Counted from the first letter of the stretch, positions 1 to 9,285 are shown. The stretch: DNA of 32,000 nucleotides from Promethearchaeota archaeon (GCA_030606485.1 JAUWGH010000005.1:300001-332000); one strand, 5' to 3'. The notes: a model not told the origin generated them from the letters alone. Program-made: numbers and translations.

Positions 1-2
1 TT

Positions 3-488
3 GATGTATTAGACGTTGGGTTAGGAATGGTTATCCCTAGTTCAGCTAATACATTTCATAAAGTAAGTTTTAGAATATTAACATTTAGGCCTTCAATCTC
101 GGAGGTTGTGCGAGGTGCATGCGTTGAGATTGTGGATTTTGGTGCATTTATTCGGCTTGGTCCTTTAGATGCGCTTGTGCATGTAAGTCAGATATGTGAT
201 GATTATATTGTGTATGAAGAAAGTGCGTATAGATTTTTAGGGAAAGAGACCGGAAAGATCTTAGAGGTAAATGATATAGTGCGCGCACGTATAATAGCCG
301 TCTCTTTAGGTGGTGGTCGCACAGCAAAATTGGGATTAACAATGAGACAACCATTTTTAGGTAAAGACGATTGGATTGAGCGAGATCTTGCAGAATATTA
401 TAAAGATGCGGAGGAGACGGAGGCTCCCGAAGAAGAGGCGGAGAAAATGGAGAAGAAACCAGCATCCAAAAAGAAAAAAAAGAAATAA
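3..488 (+). CDS. rpoE1: DNA-directed RNA polymerase subunit E' (Rpo7), 5'-partial
   Basis: S1-domain motifs GAFIRLGPLDALVHVSQI and VRARIIAVSL...LTMRQPFLGK. The frame stays open to the window edge (DVLDVGLGM), so the true start lies upstream. It precedes spt4 as in the conserved archaeal operon. Confidence 0.96.
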   Translation, partial: DVLDVGLGMVIPSSANTFHKVSFRILTFRPSISEVVRGACVEIVDFGAFIRLGPLDALVHVSQICDDYIVYEESAYRFLGKETGKILEVNDIVRARIIAVSLGGGRTAKLGLTMRQPFLGKDDWIERDLAEYYKDAEETEAPEEEAEKMEKKPASKKKKKK

Positions 489-538
489 ATTGATAAATTT
501 ATATTAACTATATTAAAAATTGAGTTGATTGCTAAAAA

Positions 539-736
539 ATGGTATCTGATGAGAAGGCGTGTAAAAACTGCCATTTAATTACCAGAAAAGATAAATCAAT
601 GTGTCCAAAATGTAAAACTCACACACTTAGCGATGATTTTTCGGGTGAAGTAATTATTTTAGATCCTCCTAATTCAAAAATTGCTCGTTACATGAATATC
701 AACATAAAGGGAAAGTACGCTCTTCGCGTAAGATAG
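539..736 (+). CDS. spt4: Transcription elongation factor Spt4 (RpoE'')
   Basis: KACKNC...CPKC zinc finger, FSGEVIILDP and GKYALRVR C-terminus; follows rpoE1. Confidence 0.95.
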   Translation: MVSDEKACKNCHLITRKDKSMCPKCKTHTLSDDFSGEVIILDPPNSKIARYMNINIKGKYALRVR

Positions 737-859
737 GTATAGTATCCCTCCTGCACTCAATTCCACTTTTTGGCAAACTTCTGAAGACTTTACAGATTTG
801 GTTTTTCATGCCTTATTTTTCTTAAAGATTTATTTTTAATTAAAGTCATATTTATAATA

Positions 860-1450
860 ATGAAAGATCTTCGGCTCCCTCTAAATCAACGTAGAAGATT
901 CACACAACCCTTAGGTAAATTAATATCGGGAAGACGGGAGGATACAATTGCAGAGGTTGTTTCATTTTTTAAGCAAGAGAGGGAGTTAAATGAAGGATTG
1001 GATTATAAGATTTATTGTGTAGGGGATATTGTCACTCAAGATTTTTTGGAAAATGCATATTTGAGGGAAATGATAAAGATTTGTATTATTGATGAAAAGA
1101 CTAAAAGACAAAGAATTGATACCCCTTTCAAGGAATTTTTTGAGCAGATAATTGAATTAAAAAATCCCACGGGAACAATTTCTAAGGATATGTGGTCAAA
1201 ATTAAAGGAGTTAATCGAAAATAATCGAAGAGTATTAGTAAAAATTGTTGATGGAGAAGAGGATTTATTAGTAATCCCATTAATTTCCGGATTTTCACTT
1301 TCTGAAAGTATTAAATCCTATGTTTTTTATGGACAACCTCCTGTTACAGATTCCGAAAAACCTATTCCTGAAGGTCTGGTTATGCTTGAGGTGACTAAAC
1401 AAATTCAGAGAATAGTAACTGAGCTTACCAAGCTAATGGAAAAATATTAA
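860..1450 (+). CDS. GTP-dependent dephospho-CoA kinase (DUF359 family)
   Basis: Motifs VGDIVT, IIDEKTKR, NPTGTIS, VDGEEDLL and YGQP; canonical position between spt4 and rps24e. Confidence 0.9.
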   Translation: MKDLRLPLNQRRRFTQPLGKLISGRREDTIAEVVSFFKQERELNEGLDYKIYCVGDIVTQDFLENAYLREMIKICIIDEKTKRQRIDTPFKEFFEQIIELKNPTGTISKDMWSKLKELIENNRRVLVKIVDGEEDLLVIPLISGFSLSESIKSYVFYGQPPVTDSEKPIPEGLVMLEVTKQIQRIVTELTKLMEKY

Positions 1451-1707
1451 GAGAGGAGTGATTCTTCCCGAATTAAAGACTCTAATTCTTGTTTCTTCCA
1501 TCTGTATATACGAAATACATATTTTATGGTTATTTCAATTCCAATTAAATAAGGAATCACTATACCCAGGATAAATAGAAGCATCCATCCTCCAGTTAAT
1601 ATATTTTTAATATTCAAGAAAAAGATAAAAAGTAATATAAAGATGATGATTTCACAAATAATAAAAATTATCAACTTCTTTAGATTTTTTTTATAAATAT
1701 ATTTCAT
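1447..1707 (-). CDS. Small hypothetical membrane protein with about 2 TM helices
   Basis: 86-aa ORF with two hydrophobic stretches and a charged C-terminus. It fills the gap between DPCK and rps24e, and its stop overlaps the DPCK stop (TTAA, 1447-1450). Confidence 0.55.
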   Translation of the reverse strand: MKYIYKKNLKKLIIFIICEIIIFILLFIFFLNIKNILTGGWMLLFILGIVIPYLIGIEITIKYVFRIYRWKKQELESLIREESLLS

Positions 1708-1783
1708 AGACCAAAAATGTTTTATTTTATTCTTTATTTTAACTAATATTAATAGAGTAGATAAAAAGATTTAGATTTTAGAT

Positions 1784-2158
1784 ATGGTTCTCGGTATTGA
1801 AATAATTGAAGAAAAGAAAAATGAGCTTGTCAATCGACTTGAATTAAAATTCAAATTAGATAATAAAGGAAAAGGAACTCCAAACCGTATAGATTTCAAA
1901 AAGGAGATCGCGGCTCAAAAAACAGTAGATGAAAATTTAACGATTATTAGGAATATAAAAACTCATTTTGGGACGTCTTCAATATCTGGGCTTGCTCATA
2001 TTTATGAGGATATAGAGACTTTAAAATTTTTTGAGCCATTTCATATTAGAGTTAGAAATATTGAAAAGGAGAAGAGAGAAGCTGTTTATTTTGCCAAAAA
2101 AAAAGGTGAGCCATACAAAAATTTATTTGATTCAACATCAGTAAAGAAAAAAAAGTAA
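1784..2158 (+). CDS. rps24e: 30S ribosomal protein S24e
   Basis: KKNELVNRLEL, GTPNR, IKTHFG...SGLAHIY pattern; upstream of rps27ae. Confidence 0.92.
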   Translation: MVLGIEIIEEKKNELVNRLELKFKLDNKGKGTPNRIDFKKEIAAQKTVDENLTIIRNIKTHFGTSSISGLAHIYEDIETLKFFEPFHIRVRNIEKEKREAVYFAKKKGEPYKNLFDSTSVKKKK

Positions 2159-2188
2159 ATTATATATTTGAAAAGATCGTGAGAAATT

Positions 2189-2407
2189 ATGTCAAAATTT
2201 TATGAAGTCGATGGTTCGGAATTACGCCACACACATCGTACTTGTCCAAAATGTGGTCCTGGCTTTTTCCTTGCCAATCATTACGATCGATTCCACTGCG
2301 GAAAGTGCGGATATACCATATTTAAAAGAAAGGGAAAAAAAGGTATGGCAGTTCTTCCAGCTAGAGGAGGGAGACGCGCTCCACGACAAAGAAAGAAAGC
2401 AGCATAA
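2189..2407 (+). CDS. rps27ae: 30S ribosomal protein S27ae (eS31), no ubiquitin fusion
   Basis: CPKCGPGFFLANHYDRFHCGKCGYT C4 zinc finger with a basic tail. Confidence 0.96.
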   Translation: MSKFYEVDGSELRHTHRTCPKCGPGFFLANHYDRFHCGKCGYTIFKRKGKKGMAVLPARGGRRAPRQRKKAA

Positions 2408-2446
2408 ATTTTTTTGATTTTGTTTTTACTTCTTTTGTGATTTTTT
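2408..2446 (+). terminator. Possible oligo(T) terminator between the r-protein genes and kae1
   Basis: Several T runs directly after the rps27ae stop (ATTTTTTTGATTTTGTTTTTACTTCTTTTGTGATTTTTT). Archaeal intrinsic terminators are U-rich. Confidence 0.35.
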
Positions 2447-3461
2447 GGTGAAATTAAAAAGGAAAATTTGTTTAGGCATTGAATGTACAGCCCATACATT
2501 CGGTGTTAGTATTTTAGACTTTGATGGGAATGTGCTTAGTATTGTAAATGATACGTATATTCCAGAAACCGGTGGCTTGCATCCTCGAGAGGTCAGAGAA
2601 CATCATCTTGAATGTTTTGATAAAACTATTATAATGGCAATTACACAAGCAAATCTTTCAATAAAGGATATTAATTTAATTGCTTTTAGTCAAGGACCCG
2701 GTCTTGGTCCTGTTTTGAGAGTAGGTGCTCTTATCGTTCGATTTCTGAGTCAAAAGTTAAAAATCCCTCTAGTTGGGGTTAATCATTGTATTGGGCATAT
2801 AGAAATCGGAAGACTCAAATGTGGGGTAAAAGATCCATTAACCTTATACGTATCTGGGGGGAATACTATTATTAGTGCATTCGAATCAGAGAGATATCAA
2901 ATATTTGGGGAAACATTAGATATTGCTGTAGGTAATTTTATTGATTCATTTGCTCGAGATGCAGGATTACAACATCCAGGTGGTCCCAAGATTGAGAAAC
3001 TTGCCCAGAAGTCTAAGAAATATATTCCATTGCCATATGTTGTAAAAGGTATGGATTTATCTTTTACAGGATTATATACAGCTGCAAAAAACCTATTTAA
3101 ATCAAAAGATTACAATAGGAAATATAATTTAAGTGATATTGCTTACTCCTTGCAGGAAACTGCCTTTGCAATGCTCACGGAGGTAACTGAGAGAGCATTA
3201 GCGCATACTAATAAAACGGAGGTTTTATTGACAGGAGGGGTCGCGGCAAATAAGAGATTACAAGAAATGATTGCATATATAAGTAATGAGCACAATGCTA
3301 AATATAAAGTTGTACCCCTGAAATATGCGGGAGATAATGGTGCTATGATTGGTTGGACAGGTATATTAAAATATAAAGAGGTTGGAGCAGATGATATTGA
3401 AGATACTATGATCAATCCTAAATGGAGAATGGATAATGTAGAAATACCTTGGAGGAGTTAA
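2445..3461 (+). CDS. kae1: KEOPS N6-threonylcarbamoyltransferase Kae1/TsaD
   Basis: LGIECTAHT, FSQGPGLGP, HCIGHIE metal motif, YVSGGNT, GGVAANKRL and DNGAMI. Start is TTG at 2445 or GTG at 2448. Confidence 0.97.
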   Translation: MVKLKRKICLGIECTAHTFGVSILDFDGNVLSIVNDTYIPETGGLHPREVREHHLECFDKTIIMAITQANLSIKDINLIAFSQGPGLGPVLRVGALIVRFLSQKLKIPLVGVNHCIGHIEIGRLKCGVKDPLTLYVSGGNTIISAFESERYQIFGETLDIAVGNFIDSFARDAGLQHPGGPKIEKLAQKSKKYIPLPYVVKGMDLSFTGLYTAAKNLFKSKDYNRKYNLSDIAYSLQETAFAMLTEVTERALAHTNKTEVLLTGGVAANKRLQEMIAYISNEHNAKYKVVPLKYAGDNGAMIGWTGILKYKEVGADDIEDTMINPKWRMDNVEIPWRS

Positions 3462-3463
3462 AT

Positions 3464-4135
3464 ATGAATTATAATCCAGTAATCGATCTTGGTCGAATTA
3501 TATATAAAGGTGCGGAAGCGACCCTTTATAAAGGTAAGTGGTTTGATAAGGAGATTTTGGTGAAACATCGTATCCCTAAAAAGTATCGGATAGAAGAATT
3601 AGATAAAAAATTAAGGCGAACTCGAACAATTATAGAGGGAAAAATGCTTATTTCTATAAAGAAATGTAATGTTCCGGTCCCCCAAGTATTTGAAGTGGAT
3701 CTTAATAATAATTGGATTATTATGAAGTATATTAAAGGTCAAAAACTTAAAGATCTTATAGGAAAAATCGATAAATCTAAGAGAAAATGGTATTTTGAGC
3801 AAATTGGGAAATATATTGCATTTATGCATAAAAATGATTTTATCCATGGAGATCTTACAACATCTAATATCATTATTACAAAAAATAAAAAAATTTTCTT
3901 TGTTGATTTTGGACTTTCGACGAAATCTACAAAAACCGAAGACAAAAGCGTGGACCTACATTTAATTAAAAGGGTTTTATTAAGCACACACGGGCAATAC
4001 TTCGAAGAATGTTTTGAAAGTTTAATAAATGGCTATAAATTAGAATATGGAAGTCAATCAGATGAAATTATTGATCGAATAGAAACCATTGAAGCTAGGG
4101 GAAGGTATATTGAAAAAAATAAACGAAAAAACTAA
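3464..4135 (+). CDS. bud32: KEOPS kinase/ATPase Bud32
   Basis: KGAEATL, KHRIPKKYR, HGDLTTSN, VDFGLS and EDKSVDLHL. The ATG at 3464 is preceded by GGAGG (3451-3455) and is preferred over TTG 3449. Confidence 0.95.
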   Translation: MNYNPVIDLGRIIYKGAEATLYKGKWFDKEILVKHRIPKKYRIEELDKKLRRTRTIIEGKMLISIKKCNVPVPQVFEVDLNNNWIIMKYIKGQKLKDLIGKIDKSKRKWYFEQIGKYIAFMHKNDFIHGDLTTSNIIITKNKKIFFVDFGLSTKSTKTEDKSVDLHLIKRVLLSTHGQYFEECFESLINGYKLEYGSQSDEIIDRIETIEARGRYIEKNKRKN

Positions 4136-4442
4136 ACTTAAAGGAAATAAATGGATTACTCATTTTTGGCACACAAAATTTTTAAAATCATGAAATAATT
4201 ATGTTTAAAGCGAAAATCTATTATTTCCTTTCTAAATTGAGAATAGATTTAAATATAAGTTTGTTTTATATATCATTATTAATCCAACATAAATTTAATA
4301 CAAGGATTAATACAAATATAATATATTTAAGGGTCTATTGCATTTAATCGAGGATTTAGTTTAATATCTAATTATATAAATTAATATTTCTAAATATAAA
4401 TGATTAATTGAATAAATATAAAATACTTAGGAAACTTAAAAA

Positions 4443-4640
4443 ATGGATAGTAAAAAAGAAAAAAAAAGACACATGCGCAATATAACTATTAATATACCTG
4501 ATATTTATGATAAAAATCTTTTAAAGCTTCAAAAACTTGGAATGATACCAAGTAGATCAGAAGGCGTAAGGCTTGCTATTAGAAATTTTCTTCAAAACGA
4601 ATACAAAAACCTTAAGATACTAGGCTACTACGAAGAATAA
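4443..4640 (+). CDS. Ribbon-helix-helix (CopG/MetJ/Arc-like) DNA-binding protein
   Basis: NITINIP beta strand followed by helix A and the SRSEGVRLAIRNFL helix-B motif. Confidence 0.8.
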   Translation: MDSKKEKKRHMRNITINIPDIYDKNLLKLQKLGMIPSRSEGVRLAIRNFLQNEYKNLKILGYYEE

Positions 4641-4665
4641 AATTTTTTTCTCTTTATTAAAATGA

Positions 4666-4687
4666 ATGTCTTATTAGAAAAAGACAT
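4666..4687. promoter_or_regulatory. Inverted repeat ATGTCTT-N8-AAGACAT upstream of the DUF1464 operon
   Basis: Perfect 7-bp arms (4666-4672, 4681-4687) just before TATA-like TTTATATTTATAAA (4693-4706). Could be an operator or a hairpin; function is inferred. Confidence 0.3.
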
Positions 4688-4748
4688 AATACTTTATATT
4701 TATAAAAATTATAATTATCTAGTTTAAATTCTTTTATGATCTAGAATC

Positions 4749-5819
4749 TTGAAAGTAATTGGAATAGACCCTGGGAGTAAAAGCTGGGATTTTTTTGGTT
4801 TAGATAATAATTCAATTTTTTTAGATACTTCAATATTAACTAAAAATTTAATGGAAGACCCAGATAAATTTTTTGAAGTAATAGATGGAGTAAAACCTTT
4901 CGATTTAATGGTCGCTCCAAGTGGATTTGGCCTACCATTAAAAAAGGTTCAAGATTTAACAGAAATGGATATGTTTCAGATCTTATTAAAGTTTAAACGA
5001 GATAAAGAAAAAAAAATAGTAGGATTAGGAGAGATTTTAAGAAGAATCAAGGTTGAAAATTATCCAAGTGTAATTGTCCCAAGCGTTAAACATTTACCAA
5101 CAGTGCCAACATATAAAAAAGTCAATAAAATAGATCTGGGAACGGCTGATAAAGTCTGCACGGCTGTTGTTGGTATTCGGGATCAAATTGAGAGTTATAA
5201 TATCACAGCAGAAAAAACAAATTTTATTCTTATTGAAATCGGATTTGGTTTTACAGCTGTTTTAGCTATTGAAAATGGACAAATTATTGATGGCATTGGT
5301 GGTTCAAATATCATGGGAATACATGCTTGTGGAAGTGTTGATGGAGAATTAGCTTATCTAATTGGGGAAATCAAAAAAAAGCATTATTATCAAGGCGGTG
5401 TAGCTTCAATTGCTGGCTATGCGAATTTAAGTCTTCAAGAAGTTGTTCAGTTAGCTAAAAAGGATGCTCAATCCAAATTAGCGATAAACGCATTTATGGA
5501 TAGTATTAAAAAAGCAACCTTTGCAATAACTTCTGCATTTTCTGATAAGAATAAGATTAAAGATATCTTATTAGCGGGAAGAGGGATTGATTTAGAGGTT
5601 ATTAAAGATGATCTTAAAAATACTTTGCACAAGATTGCAAATGTAAGAGAAATGAAAACCTATAGTCAGATTGCTAAGCGTTCAGCTCAAGGTGCAGCAT
5701 TTATTGCGGATGGCCTTCTTGGCGGAAAATTTAAACCAATAATTGACAATTTAAAATTAAAAGATTCATCAGGCTCTGTTTTGGATCATATCTATATACC
5801 ATATGAAAGAAAGGCATAA
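4749..5819 (+). CDS. DUF1464 family ASKHA (actin-like ATPase/kinase fold) protein
   Basis: N-terminal GIDPGSKSWD phosphate-1-like motif, APSGFGLP, NKIDLGTADK, EIGFGFT and C-terminal SAQGAAFIADGLLGG. TTG start. Confidence 0.75.
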   Translation: MKVIGIDPGSKSWDFFGLDNNSIFLDTSILTKNLMEDPDKFFEVIDGVKPFDLMVAPSGFGLPLKKVQDLTEMDMFQILLKFKRDKEKKIVGLGEILRRIKVENYPSVIVPSVKHLPTVPTYKKVNKIDLGTADKVCTAVVGIRDQIESYNITAEKTNFILIEIGFGFTAVLAIENGQIIDGIGGSNIMGIHACGSVDGELAYLIGEIKKKHYYQGGVASIAGYANLSLQEVVQLAKKDAQSKLAINAFMDSIKKATFAITSAFSDKNKIKDILLAGRGIDLEVIKDDLKNTLHKIANVREMKTYSQIAKRSAQGAAFIADGLLGGKFKPIIDNLKLKDSSGSVLDHIYIPYERKA

Positions 5820-5824
5820 AAGCC

Positions 5825-6391
5825 ATGGATAAGGAGAAAAGAAGTAAAATTATATGGGGAATAACAGGTTCTGGCTATTTAATTAAAGAATCAATTGATT
5901 TAATGAAGGAACTACAAAAAAAATATTCAATCGATTTTACGGTAATACTCTCGACTCAAGGAGTAGTGGTTGCAAAGTGGTATCGCCAATGGTTATATTT
6001 AAAAGAAACCATTCAAAAAGTTCAAGTTGAGAAAACTCCAAATAATCCATTTCTTGCGGGACCTCTACAGACCGGTGAATATAAAATGTTAATTGTGTGC
6101 CCTTTAAGTGCTAATTCAGCAGCAAAGATTGCTTATGGTATAGCTGACACGCTTATAACGAATTGCGTTGCACAAACAATTAAAGGTGGTGTTCCAGTTT
6201 ATTTAAATCCTTCTGACCAAGAAGATAAACCAATTGAGACTTATAGACCAAGTGGAGAAAAACTTATATTAAAGATTCGAGAAGTCGAGTTAGAAAACAT
6301 TGAAAGATTAAAAAAGATGGATGGAATTACACTTTTTTCTGATTTGAATGAAATAAAAAGAATAATTCTTGCACAAATAGAAAGTGATTAA
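5825..6391 (+). CDS. afpA: Archaeoflavoprotein AfpA family (HFCD-like FMN flavoprotein; candidate dihydromethanopterin reductase)
   Basis: WGITGSG, PFLAGPLQTGEY, PLSANSAAKIAYGIADTLITN and PSDQ. No CxxC ferredoxin insert. Confidence 0.8.
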   Translation: MDKEKRSKIIWGITGSGYLIKESIDLMKELQKKYSIDFTVILSTQGVVVAKWYRQWLYLKETIQKVQVEKTPNNPFLAGPLQTGEYKMLIVCPLSANSAAKIAYGIADTLITNCVAQTIKGGVPVYLNPSDQEDKPIETYRPSGEKLILKIREVELENIERLKKMDGITLFSDLNEIKRIILAQIESD

Positions 6392-7964
6392 TATAAACAT
6401 TTTAATAATTACTGGAATACAAAGTCTTCAAACTGCACAAAGAATTGCAAATGAAACAAAGAATCATTTTATAGATGTTCTTAAAGCTCCTATCTCCGTA
6501 TCTGCATTTTTAACCGAAGATTTAACAAACCAACTTCTTTTAGAAGAAAAATTAAATCAATATGATATTGTTCTTTTACCAGGTTTTATTCAATGGGATG
6601 CAAGTAATTTAGAAAAAAAATTTTCAATTCCTATTCGTAAAGGTCCGAGATTTTTATCAGATTTACACTCAATCTTAAAAAAAGTAGAAGATTTAAATCT
6701 ATCTAATACAATTCCTGCTTGTGATTTGTTAAAATTTTCAGGTGAAGATCAATATGAAGAAATAGTAAAAAATAGAATAGAATTTGCTCGAAAATCGATC
6801 TCTACTCATACTTTTATCATTAATGATAAATTTCCTGATAAAATTATCGGAAGAGACTTACCTCCTTTAATTATTGCCGAGATTATAAATGCACCACAAA
6901 AGAATTTTAAGCAATTAGATAGAAAAATAGAGCATTATATTTCTTCAGGAGCTGATGTGATTGATCTCGGGTGCACATCGAATAAACCGAATCCTTCAAG
7001 ACTTCAAGAAATTATTGAGTACATTAAAAGCAAATACAATATTCTATTAAGTGCAGATACTCTAAATTCAGAAGAAATTAACGCTGCTATTGATGTAGAT
7101 ATCGACTTAATATTGAGTTTAGATTATGGAAATTATGAGAATCACTTAGATGCACCTAAAAAGCTGCCTTTTGTAATTCTTCCAACTGATACAACAAAGG
7201 CAATAATGCCAAAGATACCAGAAGTTAGAATTGAACGTTTATTTGCTTTAACAGAAATTTTAAAGAAGAAAGGATTTCAAAAACTCATTTTGGATCCTCT
7301 TTTAGAAACACCAATTAATCCGGGATTTATAAACTCTATTAGTGCATATTCGTTATATAATAAGAAAGTTAAAGAAGAGAAATATAAAGAATTAGAATTT
7401 CCCTTATTTTTTGGAATTTCTAATGTTGTTGAGTTAATGGATATAGATTCTATAGGAATTAACGGGCTTTTAGCATGTATTGCCGCAGAGCTTGATATTG
7501 GTGTAATTTTTACGGTTGAACATAGTGCAAAATTATTTAACGGAGTTAATGAATTGAAGAAGGGAATTAAATTAGCATATTTATCTAAATATAAAAAAAT
7601 GCCTCCTATTAATCAAGGAATACAAATTTTTAGTGCAAAAAGTAAAAATAAAGTTGAGTTGCCACAAATAAATAGAAATCAAGCAGTAATATTAAAAGAT
7701 TCAGATGATTACTATCAACCTGATTCGAATGGTTATTTTAAAATTTATACAAACCAATATACAAATGAAATATACGTGCTTCATATTTCAAATGGTCATA
7801 ATCTTTTAAATACAATAGTTGGCAAGAATGCTGAAGATATAAGTAAAAAAATCATAAAGTTAAATCTCACTGCTGATAAATTTCATATTAATTATTTAGG
7901 GCGAGAGTTGAAGAAAGCAGAAATTTGCTTAAAATCAGGTAAATATTATATCCAAGATGAGTAA
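6384..7964 (+). CDS. Archaeal dihydropteroate synthase-related protein (pterin-binding barrel plus C-terminal DUF4346-like domain)
   Basis: IPIRKGP, IIAEI, GADVIDLG, LSADT, ILDPLL, LFFGISNVVELMDIDSIGIN and C-terminal PDSNGYFKI...HINYLGRELKKAEICL. Overlaps afpA by 8 nt. Confidence 0.85.
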   Translation: MININILIITGIQSLQTAQRIANETKNHFIDVLKAPISVSAFLTEDLTNQLLLEEKLNQYDIVLLPGFIQWDASNLEKKFSIPIRKGPRFLSDLHSILKKVEDLNLSNTIPACDLLKFSGEDQYEEIVKNRIEFARKSISTHTFIINDKFPDKIIGRDLPPLIIAEIINAPQKNFKQLDRKIEHYISSGADVIDLGCTSNKPNPSRLQEIIEYIKSKYNILLSADTLNSEEINAAIDVDIDLILSLDYGNYENHLDAPKKLPFVILPTDTTKAIMPKIPEVRIERLFALTEILKKKGFQKLILDPLLETPINPGFINSISAYSLYNKKVKEEKYKELEFPLFFGISNVVELMDIDSIGINGLLACIAAELDIGVIFTVEHSAKLFNGVNELKKGIKLAYLSKYKKMPPINQGIQIFSAKSKNKVELPQINRNQAVILKDSDDYYQPDSNGYFKIYTNQYTNEIYVLHISNGHNLLNTIVGKNAEDISKKIIKLNLTADKFHINYLGRELKKAEICLKSGKYYIQDE

Positions 7965-8146
7965 TTCGTTATTTTTTTTATATGGGAAAAACTCTTCATA
8001 CTCCAATTTTCTTTTGCTTAGTTAAATTAAGGAATATTAAAATTAAACAAAGTGTTTTATTGCTGATACCTAAATCTAATTTTATATTTAAATTTTCTCA
8101 GAAAAATCTGATAAATTATACATTCAAGACAATTAATCGAAAGAAA

Positions 8147-9271
8147 TCAATAATATTTTATTATATTATAAACAGTATCTCTTTGAGCTGGACGTTTTCC
8201 AGCGGATTTAATTATATTGATGATTTCCTCAGGTTTTAAATATTCACCATAATGGGCTCCTGCGCTTCTAGAAATATTTTCTTCCAATAACGTTCCAGAA
8301 AAATCATTTACACCATAATTTAATGAAATTTGAGCAAATCTTGGCCCCAGTTTAACCCAAGAACATTGAATATTATCAATATTATTATTTAAAAATATTC
8401 TTGCAACACAAAACAACTTTAAATCGTCCATACCATAAGTTGGTTTTAACGGATATTGCCTAATTTTTGAAAGCATTGGATTTTCTTTAACATATGGCAA
8501 AAGAACAAATTCTGTTATTCCACTAGTCTCTTTTTGAATGTTTCTTATTATTTCTAAATGTATCATTCTATCTTCTAAGCTTTCTATATGACCATACATT
8601 ATTGTAGATGTTGTTGGAATTTCTAATTTATGTGCGGTAGAAATAATTTCAATCCATTGCTCTGTGGTTATTTTTTTAGGGCATATAATTTTTCTTATTT
8701 CATCATTTAATATTTCTGCTGCAGTCCCTGGTATTGAGTCCAAACCAGCTTTTTTTAATTCTTTCAGCGTATCTTCGAGAGTTAAACCATTTAATTGTGT
8801 CATATAAAAAATTTCTTGTGGTGAAAAAGCATGTGCATGAATCTCAGGGGCGGTACTTTTTACCACTTTTAAAATATCTAAATAAAATTGAAAGTCAACT
8901 TTTGGATTTAACCCTCCTTGAATGCATACTTCTGTACAATTTTTATCTTTTGCTTCAAGAATTTTTTCTTTAATTTCTTCAAGTGATAATAGATAAGCTT
9001 CTTTATGATTTTTTGATACATTAAATGAACAGAATTTACAGCTACTAGTACATATATTTGTGAAATTAATGTTCCGGTTAATTACGAAAGTTACAATATT
9101 TTCTTTTTTCAGAGAACATAGATAATTTGCAACTAATTGTAGCGCTAAAAAATCATTTCCGGAACATTTTAATAACTCTAGTCCTTCAATCTTGGTTATT
9201 TCCTTGGAATTTAATGCTTTATCGAGAATCCTTTCAATTTTTGAATTAGATAATTGGTTTAACTCTACCAT
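8147..9271 (-). CDS. cofH: FO synthase subunit CofH (radical SAM)
   Basis: NRNINFTNICTSSCKFCSF (CxxxCxxC), EVCIQGG, SIPGTAAEIL, NIQCSWVKLG and EENISRSAG; adjacent to cofG. Confidence 0.9.
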   Translation of the reverse strand: MVELNQLSNSKIERILDKALNSKEITKIEGLELLKCSGNDFLALQLVANYLCSLKKENIVTFVINRNINFTNICTSSCKFCSFNVSKNHKEAYLLSLEEIKEKILEAKDKNCTEVCIQGGLNPKVDFQFYLDILKVVKSTAPEIHAHAFSPQEIFYMTQLNGLTLEDTLKELKKAGLDSIPGTAAEILNDEIRKIICPKKITTEQWIEIISTAHKLEIPTTSTIMYGHIESLEDRMIHLEIIRNIQKETSGITEFVLLPYVKENPMLSKIRQYPLKPTYGMDDLKLFCVARIFLNNNIDNIQCSWVKLGPRFAQISLNYGVNDFSGTLLEENISRSAGAHYGEYLKPEEIINIIKSAGKRPAQRDTVYNIIKYY

Positions 9272-9285
9272 GATTGAATTGATAA

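Noticed and set aside
699-809. 36-aa minus-strand ORF (MKNQICKVFR...) in the spt4-DPCK gap
   Set aside because: Short, overlaps the spt4 3' end, and has no motif or other support.
8147-9271. Alternative call as MqnC/MqnE (futalosine pathway)
   Set aside because: The SWVKLG and EENISRSAG motifs and coupling to cofG favour CofH.
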